Positions 6,424-14,238 of a stretch of 34,706 nucleotides of DNA are shown one piece after another. The notes under the pieces are model-generated. The model was not told the origin of the DNA, searched no databases, and was given only the letters and a program-made list of their open reading frames with translations. The stretch comes from a virus. A program made the position numbers and the translations under genes. Position 1 is the first letter of the stretch; each line of letters begins with the position of its first letter. The stretch lies in IMG/VR virus record IMGVR_UViG_3300045988_101705; one strand, written 5' to 3'.

Positions 6424-8205
6424 ATGGCTTATGCTGCTATGAGAAAAGCCGGACTGGTACCAGAAGCGGCACCCGATCTTCGGACCGTGGCGTTATACGT
6501 CCGGGTGTCTACCGGCTATCAGGTAGACAAAGACAGTCTTCCTTTTCAGAAGAAAGAATTAAAAAACTACTGTGAACACGTCCTTCACATTGATAAAAAC
6601 AGAATAGAAGTATTTGAAGACGCCGGAAGGTCCGGAAAGAATACCAACCGCCCCGGCTTTGAACGTATGATGAAGAAAGTTCGCGCGGGCCAGATCTCCC
6701 ACGTTATCGTTTATAAGATTGATCGTATTTCCCGAAATCTGGTTGATTTCTCTTTAATGTATGATGATTTTAAGTATAACCGCGTTACCTTTATTTCGCT
6801 GAACGAACAATTTGACACCAGTTCCGCGATCGGTGAAGCGGTCCTGAAAATTATTCTTGTATTTGCCGAACTGGAACGGAAACTGACAAGTGAACGCGTG
6901 AAAGACGTTATGATCGGGCGCGCTCTCTCCGGCCAGTGGAACGGCGCCCGCGTCCCGTTTGGGTGGGAATGGGACGAAGAAACAAAGTTCCCGAAGCATA
7001 GTGAAACGGAAGCCGTGTTCGCCCGGCTTATGTATGATCTTTACGAAGAAACGCGTTCCACCTGCAAAGTACGGGACTATTGCAACACGCACGACGTACC
7101 GACGAAGCGCGGCGGCGAATGGACTTCTAAAACCGTCGCCGACTTTATCCGAAACCCTATGAACCGCGGCGACTACCGTTACAATTACCGGGAAAGCGCC
7201 CGCGGCCGTAAGAAGCCAGAAGAAGAAGTGGTGTATATTGAAGGCGTGTTCCCGCCACTGGTACCCGTGGAACAATGGGACCGCTGCAGCGCAATCATGG
7301 ACCATAACGCGGCCGTAAGGTGTGCGCCGGGCGTTCCGCACAAAAAGAAGCACGTTCACCCGTTCGCCGGTCTTCTCGTCTGTGGTGCCTGTGGCGCGCC
7401 GTATCAGGTAATAAAACAGGATAAGCCGCGGGAAAATGGCTTTTCGCCTTCTCTTTACCGGTGCGGCAACCGGTACCGGAAGCGTTCGTGTACTGCTGCC
7501 GGCTGCAGCGACGTTGTACTGGGGCCGTTCGTTTTCAATTATGTTTCGTCCATGGTCCGGGCGGTAAACCTGCGAACGAAGATCAAGACACCCAAAGAAC
7601 TGGAACGTCTGCTTCTTTCCGGTCCAGAATTTCAAAACGTGGCCGGGATCGCGTCGGAAGGCTTGAACGCTACTTTCGCCCTTCTGTCTGGCCGTCCTGC
7701 TGCCGGTGGTCCTTCTTATGCTCCGGATCTTCTGACTGCTCCCGCCGGCTCTGTGAACGCCGGTGAAGTGGAAGAAATAAGGCAGCAAATAACCCGGCTT
7801 GAACGTGCAGCCGAACGCCTGAAAAAAGCGTATCTATTCGACGAAAACGCAATGAGTGAAAAAGAATATCTGGAAACAAAGATCGCCCTTGATACGGAAC
7901 GGGTGCAGGCTGAAAACCGATTGAAGGATCTTTCCGAAGCGACATTTTCCACCGACGCCGGGGAACTGTCCTTCATTAAGTCCGCTTCTTCTTTCCTGCT
8001 TGCGCACCGGATCCAGTCCGTGGATCATATTGTTTATAGTGACTTCGCGCCGCTTGTCGGAAATGAAACAATGCGCGACTTTTTGAACCTGATAATCGAA
8101 AAGATCGTGATCCGGAACGGACGCCCGGAAGAAATCACTTTCAAAAATGGACTGACACATATTTTTCTATATCGTGATGAAACGGCCGAAAACGTACCGA
8201 AATAG
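6424..8205 (+). CDS. Large serine recombinase (phage integrase, 593 aa)
   Basis: Resolvase-type N-terminus VALYVRVSTGYQ...GRSGKNTNRPGF...YKIDRISRN, a Cys-rich zinc-ribbon region CGACG...YRCGNRYRKRSC, and a coiled-coil C-terminus. Confidence 0.9.
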   Translation: MAYAAMRKAGLVPEAAPDLRTVALYVRVSTGYQVDKDSLPFQKKELKNYCEHVLHIDKNRIEVFEDAGRSGKNTNRPGFERMMKKVRAGQISHVIVYKIDRISRNLVDFSLMYDDFKYNRVTFISLNEQFDTSSAIGEAVLKIILVFAELERKLTSERVKDVMIGRALSGQWNGARVPFGWEWDEETKFPKHSETEAVFARLMYDLYEETRSTCKVRDYCNTHDVPTKRGGEWTSKTVADFIRNPMNRGDYRYNYRESARGRKKPEEEVVYIEGVFPPLVPVEQWDRCSAIMDHNAAVRCAPGVPHKKKHVHPFAGLLVCGACGAPYQVIKQDKPRENGFSPSLYRCGNRYRKRSCTAAGCSDVVLGPFVFNYVSSMVRAVNLRTKIKTPKELERLLLSGPEFQNVAGIASEGLNATFALLSGRPAAGGPSYAPDLLTAPAGSVNAGEVEEIRQQITRLERAAERLKKAYLFDENAMSEKEYLETKIALDTERVQAENRLKDLSEATFSTDAGELSFIKSASSFLLAHRIQSVDHIVYSDFAPLVGNETMRDFLNLIIEKIVIRNGRPEEITFKNGLTHIFLYRDETAENVPK

Positions 8206-8516
8206 CGAAAAAACGTACACAAACGCGGCTGAAATGTTCAAAAACCGGCGTTTTCCGTTTTATTGCAACGGTTAGGGGCGTGTAAGGTCCCCGGCTTTCA
8301 GTGGTGGATCTTTATTTGTGGCCGTAGTACAGAAACGCGGGTTTAACTCTCCCACGGCGCCCGGTTCACATTAAACCCGGCCGGAACCTGTCAAACAACA
8401 TTACAACGCCCCCGTTGCAACCCGTCAACATTTACAAGGGCTTCGGACCTTCGCACCGCCCGCGGGCCGGTGTGGCTGTTTTAATTGCCGGGCGGCCTGC
8501 TGCCGCCCTGTGGCTG

Positions 8517-8702
8517 TTATTGCACTTCTTGAACGCTCGTCGTGCTTACTGCTGTTGTATCTGTCCACCTTGCCTTCTTGTCTATCAGAAGAAGGCCGTT
8601 GTAATCTACGTCTATTACTTTGTACTTCTCGTTTTCATATATGACCGTTTTTCCGATCCACTGTTTTTTCAATTTCTCGATCCATTCTTTATATGTTCCC
8701 AT
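8517..8702 (-). CDS. Hypothetical protein (61 aa)
   Basis: ORF track entry, third gene of a small minus-strand operon. Confidence 0.5.
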   Translation of the reverse strand: MGTYKEWIEKLKKQWIGKTVIYENEKYKVIDVDYNGLLLIDKKARWTDTTAVSTTSVQEVQ

Positions 8703-8743
8703 GTTTTCACCCGCCGGGGACTGCTGCCCCGGCTCTCCTTTCT

Positions 8744-8992
8744 TTATGCGAATAATTCTTCCAGTTTTTCCCGCTTACCCTGTACCATGGCGCGGGCTGT
8801 TTTTATGTCAATCTGTCCGGCGGTAATCTTTACAACCTCTTCGGCTGCTGCTGTGAAAAGTCTGTATTCTTCTTTGTATGCTTCGTCGAAGGCCGCTTCC
8901 TTCTCTTCGTTTTCCGGATCCAGATCGTAGGCCTGATCTGCTGCGTTCGCTCTTTCCTCTGCTTCTCTTAATTTCTTTAATAACTCTTTCAT
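8744..8992 (-). CDS. Hypothetical helical acidic protein (82 aa)
   Basis: ORF track entry, second gene of the small operon. Confidence 0.5.
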   Translation of the reverse strand: MKELLKKLREAEERANAADQAYDLDPENEEKEAAFDEAYKEEYRLFTAAAEEVVKITAGQIDIKTARAMVQGKREKLEELFA

Positions 8993-9037
8993 GTTCTCTT
9001 TTCCTTCCCGCCGGGGCGTCGGCCCCGGCTTTATGTT

Positions 9038-9199
9038 TTACAGTGCGGTTTCGATAAACTCCGTCGCTGCCTTTATTGTTTTGAATGTGTGGAACTCCCG
9101 GAAGCCCCGGCCCTCTCTGATGTTTACATGATAAGCGCCGCGGGTTCCTTTCATTCTCTTTATTTCATATCCTTTAACTACCTTTACTACTTCGTACAT
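9038..9199 (-). CDS. Hypothetical small protein (53 aa)
   Basis: My own translation gives MYEVVKVVKGYEIKRMKGTRGAYHVNIREGRGFREFHTFKTIKAATEFIETAL. SD AAGGCGG. Sits directly downstream of a strong minus-strand promoter. Confidence 0.4.
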   Translation of the reverse strand: MYEVVKVVKGYEIKRMKGTRGAYHVNIREGRGFREFHTFKTIKAATEFIETAL

Positions 9200-9254
9200 A
9201 TCGTTACCGCCTTTCTAAGTGATTGTTTATTTTTATTTCCCTTTCGTTAATATT

Positions 9255-9283
9255 ATATTAGCATACGTTTATATAAATGTCAA
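9255..9283 (-). promoter_or_regulatory. Sigma-70-like promoter for the 9199..8517 operon
   Basis: TTGACA (9283..9278), 17-nt spacer, TAATAT (9260..9255), within an AT-rich region that carries TTAGCAT(A/T) repeats. Confidence 0.55.
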
Positions 9284-9381
9284 CACTTTTTATTAGCATT
9301 TATTTATATTTTTTTCGTTGACTTTAATATTTAATTAGTGTATGCTTATATTATAAAAATAATATGAAGGTGGTGTTCTCT

Positions 9382-9573
9382 ATGATGAAATATTATAAAC
9401 TCTTCGATCTGCTGACGCGTCGGAACATGAAGAAAACAGATCTTCTTCCTATAATCTCCGCGCCGACGCTTGCGAAGCTGTCAAAGGGTGAAACCGTCAA
9501 GACTGACGTTCTTTGTAAAATCTGCGATTTTCTGGACTGCCAGCCCGGCGACATAATGGAATATGAGAAATAA
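9382..9573 (+). CDS. Small XRE/YozG-like HTH regulator (63 aa)
   Basis: MMKYYKLFDLLTRRNMKKTDLLPIISAPTLAKLSKGETV... The SD GAAGGTGGTG favours ATG 9382 over 9364. Upstream TTGACT-17-TATGCT promoter. Confidence 0.6.
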   Translation: MMKYYKLFDLLTRRNMKKTDLLPIISAPTLAKLSKGETVKTDVLCKICDFLDCQPGDIMEYEK

Positions 9574-9576
9574 AAA

Positions 9577-9625
9577 AGATCCGGACCTGTAAGAAATTCT
9601 TACAAGTTCGGATCTTCATTTTTCC
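9577..9625. terminator. Long hairpin terminator between convergent genes
   Basis: agatccggacctgtaagaa / ttcttacaagttcggatct forms a stem of about 18 bp with 2 mismatches, followed by tcattttt. Confidence 0.6.
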
Positions 9626-9640
9626 TTTATTTATGCGGGT

Positions 9641-9844
9641 TTATACCGTCACGGGTTCAGGGTGCATTTGACACCCGAAGGTCCTTGAACACGCGGTCAA
9701 AGGGCGGCCCAGTTCTTCCGATTTCTCTTTTACATATTTTCTGCATTTCTTTATAAAATAATACTGTCTTTCCGGTTCTGTTGTCGGTGCCGGTCCGTTA
9801 ATATCTATCTTTTCCAGTTTCTTTTCTAATTCTTCATCAATCAT
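9641..9844 (-). CDS. miaB: Truncated 5' fragment of a miaB-like methylthiotransferase gene (67 aa), probable att-flanking replacement end
   Basis: ...ERQYYFIKKCRKYVKEKSEELGRPLTACSRTFGCQM carries the TFGCQMN N-terminal signature of MiaB/RimO-family enzymes. It then diverges (HPEPVTV) and stops. Confidence 0.5.
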   Translation of the reverse strand: MIDEELEKKLEKIDINGPAPTTEPERQYYFIKKCRKYVKEKSEELGRPLTACSRTFGCQMHPEPVTV

Positions 9845-9881
9845 TCTTTGTATTACCTTTCCGCATAATATAACAGATTTT

Positions 9882-9910
9882 ACTATACCACGGGCGGGGT
9901 GAAAAATCAA
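9882..9910 (-). promoter_or_regulatory. Promoter for the miaB-like fragment
   Basis: TTGATT (9910..9905), 17-nt spacer, TATAGT (9887..9882) with a TG extended -10. Confidence 0.5.
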
Positions 9911-9947
9911 TGAAGCGTAAATTTTCAGAAAATATTCGCAAACAATA

Positions 9948-9973
9948 AACCCCGCCTTTTATTGACGGGGTTT
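9948..9973 (-). terminator. Rho-independent terminator after the endolysin gene
   Basis: Minus strand reads AAACCCCGTCAATAAAAGGCGGGGTTT followed by ATTGTTT. Confidence 0.6.
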
Positions 9974-10038
9974 CGGTGATATATTTTCCTTTTTTCTTGA
10001 CTTTCAAGGGGTTTTCATGAACTGTCGATAGTTACGTT

Positions 10039-11847
10039 TTACGCTTTCTTTGCGTAGTCAAGGGAAACCCAACCGTTACGGCCTGCGGCGTAGGCTTTCA
10101 GTAAGCCCCATTTTGAAGCGCCGGGGCCTTCTGCTTCCTCTACGATTGTAAAGGCTCCCTTTCCTGTGTAGACGGGTTTTCCTTCTTTCTTCCAGTAGTC
10201 GAACGTTGTTCCCGGTCCTTTCCTGATACGAAGATCCGAAGTCGTCACGCTCACTTTGTATTCTGCAGCAACCGGCGCCGCCGGTGCTTCCGGGTAGATC
10301 CTGTTTCCGTCGTTGTCAAAGACATAATAACCGGCGTTTTGCTTTGCCAGTTCCACGGCGTTTTCTCTATCCTTAAAGGCTCCGATCTGGCTTGCCGCGT
10401 CCTTCCAGTCCTTTCTTACTCTGAAATAACCGGTTCCCACTGTGCTTGCCTTCTGTTCCGGTGTTGCCTTGAATGAAACATAGTCCGGAACGGCTGTTAT
10501 ATAGGCCGCTGCCCCGCCGTCGTTGATCTGGTACCATTTTTCATCTTTGGAAATTCCGGTAACTGTGAAGGCTGCGCCGTTTTTTACAACCTTCTTCACA
10601 TTTCCGGAAGTGAACGAAGGCGTTGTTCTCACGTTCAGGCCGTCGGATCCGGTATAAATTACCGTTACCGCACCAGAAAGCGCCTTCACGCCCTGCGCTC
10701 CCGTATCTGTAACCGCGGGCGATCCTGTAACTGAAATGTTACCGCCTGCCATGGATGCTTTTACGTCCTTTCTGAACTGATCCATTGTCAGGCCGTACTT
10801 TTTCCAAATATGCTCAACGTCTGCGTGGTTTGTGGCGTACCCGCGGGCGTGTCCTTCCGAATGGGAAAGAATAACGCCGTCTTTCTCCGGGTTCCACCCG
10901 AACTTCTGGCACAAATACGCGAAGTATTCCACGGCGTTTCTGTAATTTTTCAGAACAACCGCTTTCGTGTTGCTGCCGTCGGAAAGTTCGATCCACGACG
11001 CGCCGCCGGTATATTTAATCGTGGCCGGCTCTGTCATTTCTACGCCGATATGGGTATTATTACAACTTCCCTTCGGCCCGCTGCCGCCATGCCAGTTTCT
11101 AACGGCCGTTTTCTTTTCCGGATCGATCGGAAGTCCCACGTAAACTTCCCCGGTGTGCTGAATAACCGCGTGAACGCCGGCGCCGGCGTCTGCGCGGTTC
11201 TCGTTGTTAATTATGTTCATTGCTTTTTCGCAAGGGCAACCGATAGAATGAAGATAAGGGCCGATCGGTTTGATCGTGCGCCCGCCTGTCAAACACGGGC
11301 TTTTCTTCATGGTTGCGTCAATGATTTTAATATTCATATTCTGCCCCGCTTCCTGTGTGTCGTACTGCGTCAAGTTCCATTTTTCTATAATGGAACATAT
11401 TTTTGAAACGTAATTATTGTCCGTCGCATAGCCGCCGGCCTTTACGATCTGGATCGCTTTCTTGTAGTCTCTTTCGCCCACAAGTCCCACATATCGAAGG
11501 ACGCTTCCTTTCTTCGCTCCCGCTAAGTAATCGGAATGATCCTTGATACTTTCGGCCATGCTCTCATATTTTCGGAACGCTGCCGTTATTGTGTAGACTT
11601 CGCCGTTCGGCTTCTGTTCGTTCGTTTCCTTTGTGTAGGTCTGGCCGCCCCAATCGGACGGCCAGTTATTGTCGGAAAGTTCGGCTTTCATTCCGAAAAT
11701 ATTATTCGCGTTCACTGCAAGTTCTCTTGTGCCATACCCGCTTTCAAGTATTCCCTGCGCTGTCGTGAGACTTGCAAGGATCCCTGTTTTTTCCATATTG
11801 GCGCGGGCCTGCTCCCCTAACAGTGAAACAAATTCTTTTTTCGTCAT
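10039..11847 (-). CDS. Multidomain endolysin: N-acetylglucosaminidase + amidase_2 + SH3b-type wall-binding repeats (602 aa)
   Basis: AQGILESGYG...NIFGMK (glucosaminidase), HSIGCP...NTHIGVEMTEP (amidase_2/PGRP type), and C-terminal SH3-like repeats. Start at MTKKEF has an ATGA overlap with the holin stop. Confidence 0.8.
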   Translation of the reverse strand: MTKKEFVSLLGEQARANMEKTGILASLTTAQGILESGYGTRELAVNANNIFGMKAELSDNNWPSDWGGQTYTKETNEQKPNGEVYTITAAFRKYESMAESIKDHSDYLAGAKKGSVLRYVGLVGERDYKKAIQIVKAGGYATDNNYVSKICSIIEKWNLTQYDTQEAGQNMNIKIIDATMKKSPCLTGGRTIKPIGPYLHSIGCPCEKAMNIINNENRADAGAGVHAVIQHTGEVYVGLPIDPEKKTAVRNWHGGSGPKGSCNNTHIGVEMTEPATIKYTGGASWIELSDGSNTKAVVLKNYRNAVEYFAYLCQKFGWNPEKDGVILSHSEGHARGYATNHADVEHIWKKYGLTMDQFRKDVKASMAGGNISVTGSPAVTDTGAQGVKALSGAVTVIYTGSDGLNVRTTPSFTSGNVKKVVKNGAAFTVTGISKDEKWYQINDGGAAAYITAVPDYVSFKATPEQKASTVGTGYFRVRKDWKDAASQIGAFKDRENAVELAKQNAGYYVFDNDGNRIYPEAPAAPVAAEYKVSVTTSDLRIRKGPGTTFDYWKKEGKPVYTGKGAFTIVEEAEGPGASKWGLLKAYAAGRNGWVSLDYAKKA

Positions 11848-12332
11848 TTTGCCGCCCCTTCTTCCTGCGCTGCTACCTCTTCCAGTGTTTCCGGTTCTTC
11901 CGCTTCTTCGTCTGTCGGAAGTTCGTCTGTGTACTTCTGCAGAAATGCCTTTACAGTCTGCCAGATCTTCTTTACTGGAAGGCCGCAAAGATACATATTT
12001 TTCAAAATGCTTATGATCTCATAGGCCACAAAAAGGATCGCGAAGAACTCCATTGTTCCGATCCTGTCTACCGCCATTACTGCGCGCACTTCCTGCGGAA
12101 TGAAGCCGATCAGGTTCACCGCTACAATATGATCCACTGTAACCAGTGCAAGAAGGCAAACTAACATTCCGCATTTTCTGATCGCGCCGTTGATCCCGAA
12201 ATTAGAATTGAACCTTCTTTCCTTGATCGCGCGAAGAACTCCGAAAATCGTATCGATCACCACCGCGATCAATACTAACTGCAAAAATGTGTTTCCCGCT
12301 GCTTCCGCATAGATATGAATTAACTTTTCCAT
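11844..12332 (-). CDS. Holin (phage_holin_4/TcdE-like, 162 aa)
   Basis: Several TM segments, an acidic C-terminal tail, and a position immediately upstream of the endolysin. SD AAAGGTGGTG before ATG 12332. Confidence 0.75.
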   Translation of the reverse strand: MEKLIHIYAEAAGNTFLQLVLIAVVIDTIFGVLRAIKERRFNSNFGINGAIRKCGMLVCLLALVTVDHIVAVNLIGFIPQEVRAVMAVDRIGTMEFFAILFVAYEIISILKNMYLCGLPVKKIWQTVKAFLQKYTDELPTDEEAEEPETLEEVAAQEEGAAK

Positions 12333-12360
12333 GTTTTTCACCACCTTTCTTTTATAAAGA

Positions 12361-12402
12361 TAATAAAAGGAAAGGGCGGCAATTTCTGACCTGTTTTCAG
12401 GC
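12361..12402 (-). promoter_or_regulatory. Candidate late promoter copy a (18-nt motif + 19 nt + TATTAT) upstream of the holin gene
   Basis: Minus strand reads CCTGAAAACAGGTCAGAA-ATTGCCGCCCTTTCCTTT-TATTAT. It shares motif and spacing with copies b and c. Confidence 0.5.
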
Positions 12403-13431
12403 CGTCGCCTTCCTTTCCTTGATTTCTTTTACTTTCTCCTTCGTTTCTTCAATCAGAATATAGCTGTCGGCGTGTTTCATGTGGCCGAACCTGCTTTCGA
12501 TCGAACGGTCGAAGTCTTCCAGTTCTACTTCCCCGGTGTCGAAGGCTTTTAATAATTTCTTTAGGCGCCGCATGGCGTCCTTTCTTACCCTCTTGTGATC
12601 TTTGAAATGAATATACCCTACGAAGTTTATTCCGTTCTTTGCTGCAAGGATCGTTGTCTTCGGGTTCAGTTCCAGTTTTAATTCCCGACGAAGAAATTCT
12701 TCTATCAGTTCCAGAACGTGCCGCAACTCTTCCGGATCCTCTGATAATATTATAAAGTCGTCCATATAGCGAACATAATATTTCATTTTCAGGACGTGTT
12801 TTACATATTGATCCAGTTTGTTCAAGTATACGTTCGCGAATAGCTGTGAAGTAAGGTTCCCGACTGGTATTCCCACACCCGGCGGGAAAATACCGTTGTG
12901 ATCTATGATCCGATCCAGAATTTTCAAAAGTGCTTTATCTGAAATATACCGCCGGATCTCTTTCTTTAATACGTCGTGCGCTACGCTCTGGAAATAGTGG
13001 TGTATATCTCCCTTTATTGCATAGATTTTCTTCCCCTGTACCACTTCCAGTTCATAAAGCCATTTTGAAAGGGTGTCGCTTGCTTCGTGCGCGCCCTTCC
13101 CTTTCCTGCAGGCGTATGAATGGAAAATGAACCGCTTTTCAAAAATCGGTTCAATGATATTTACGATCATGTGTTGAATTACACGATCGAAGAACGGAAG
13201 CGCCATAATAATTCTTTCTTTTGGCTCCCACACTTTGAAAATTCTATACTTTCCCGGCGTATAGTCACCGCTTTGTATGGCGTCTATTGCTTTTTGAAGG
13301 TTGTCTTCCCTGTTCTGCTCAAACTCCAACACTTCCGGGCGAAGTCTTTTACATTTCCGGGCCTTCATGTACGCTTTGATCGCGTTCGGGAAAGTACAGA
13401 TTTTACTTATTAAGTTTTTAATTGTTTTCAT
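12397..13431 (-). CDS. DGR reverse transcriptase
   Basis: IPVGNLTSQLFANVYL (the [LIV]GxxxSQ motif typical of DGR RTs) and the YVRYMDDFIIL YxDD box. Adjacent to TR and avd. The start could be 13431 or 13452. Confidence 0.9.
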   Translation of the reverse strand: MKTIKNLISKICTFPNAIKAYMKARKCKRLRPEVLEFEQNREDNLQKAIDAIQSGDYTPGKYRIFKVWEPKERIIMALPFFDRVIQHMIVNIIEPIFEKRFIFHSYACRKGKGAHEASDTLSKWLYELEVVQGKKIYAIKGDIHHYFQSVAHDVLKKEIRRYISDKALLKILDRIIDHNGIFPPGVGIPVGNLTSQLFANVYLNKLDQYVKHVLKMKYYVRYMDDFIILSEDPEELRHVLELIEEFLRRELKLELNPKTTILAAKNGINFVGYIHFKDHKRVRKDAMRRLKKLLKAFDTGEVELEDFDRSIESRFGHMKHADSYILIEETKEKVKEIKERKATA

Positions 13432-13623
13432 GTTTGCCCTACCGCATTTCACCCCATTTCAGGCCTACTTTTCGGCGGTGCCTTTGTTTTTTCGTCCGGC
13501 TTCTCTCCGGAACGGGAACGGCCTTCCGGCCGTCTGTGCAAACCGTCTGACTATATATTTTGATTATTCATATATAACCCTTGCCGTGGATCCGGAGATC
13601 GCGCGGTCTATGCGATTTTACAA

Positions 13624-13750
13624 GTCACACACGCACCACACGCCAATGTTGCCGTTGACGTTCCACGGGTAATTGTTGGCGTTGACCGCGCGCGAACCGT
13701 CGTGAACGCCGTTGTTCCAATTGCCGCCGCCAATGAGCGCGTGAAGTGCG
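13624..13750 (-). repeat. DGR template repeat (TR)
   Basis: 127 bp aligns with 14248-14374 at a constant offset of +624. There are 13 mismatches, 12 of them at plus-strand T (coding-strand A) of this copy. It is non-coding and lies between avd and the RT gene. Confidence 0.9.
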
Positions 13751-13774
13751 AATTAACGGTTGCCCCAAATTTTA

Positions 13775-14188
13775 TTATTTTCTCTTATTTTCTGCGATCG
13801 ACTTTATCAGGCCGCCGATCTGCGCGCCGATCGCTCCGGTCTGTTTGGCACAATAGAAATAGGCGTCTTTGTTCATGGCTGAATATCCCAGATCGTAAGC
13901 AAGCCGGATCTTTCGTACCAGTCGTCTTTTTAAGCGGTCGGCCGCGTACAAGTGACTTGCTACCTTTGTGATCTCAAACATTTCTATTTCGTCCAGTATT
14001 CCGTCGATACTTTCCCGAATATCCTTTTGCAGCGTGAATTTTTCATAGTGCGGAAATTTCTTCATTTTCTCATGAAGGTACACTGAAAAATCATAGGCCA
14101 TTTGGTGCGCTTCGGTGTGGGTGTAGTCCATTTGTGCGGTTTCCTCTTTCCCCTGCGTCGCGCTTTTACTTCTGCTTTGATATGCCAT
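13775..14188 (-). CDS. avd: Accessory variability determinant (Avd-like, 137 aa)
   Basis: Small, helical, basic protein in the canonical position between the target gene and TR. Sequence includes HQMAYDFSVYLHEKMKKFPHYEKFTLQKDIRESIDGILDEI. Confidence 0.75.
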   Translation of the reverse strand: MAYQSRSKSATQGKEETAQMDYTHTEAHQMAYDFSVYLHEKMKKFPHYEKFTLQKDIRESIDGILDEIEMFEITKVASHLYAADRLKRRLVRKIRLAYDLGYSAMNKDAYFYCAKQTGAIGAQIGGLIKSIAENKRK

Positions 14189-14209
14189 GTTCTATTCTCC
14201 CGGAAAATA

Positions 14210-14232
14210 GGGGCTGCCCTTTCGGGCGCCCC
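14210..14232 (-). promoter_or_regulatory. GC-rich hairpin with a GAAA tetraloop just 3' of VR (DGR target-recognition-type hairpin and/or terminator)
   Basis: Minus strand reads GGGGCGCCC-GAAA-GGGCAGCCCC: 9 bp with one bulged A. It sits 16 nt beyond the VR end and 7 nt beyond the stop codon. Confidence 0.6.
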
Positions 14233-14238
14233 TTCTGC

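Noticed and set aside
6754-7788. A long antisense ORF (344 aa) inside the integrase gene. Similar antisense ORFs occur at 3438..4220, 10810..11406, 19923..20468, 24521..25030 and 14166..14636.
   Set aside because: They overlap well-supported genes on the opposite strand and have low-complexity or Arg/Ser/Pro-rich translations. They lack SD sequences. Such open antisense frames are typical of moderately GC-rich coding DNA.
12397-13452. The reverse transcriptase as a group II intron, retron or Abi-type defence RT.
   Set aside because: There are no intron RNA domains or maturase/endonuclease extensions, and no msr/msd-like inverted repeats. The [LIV]GxxxSQ motif plus the adjacent TR/VR pair with A-biased mismatches fits a DGR.
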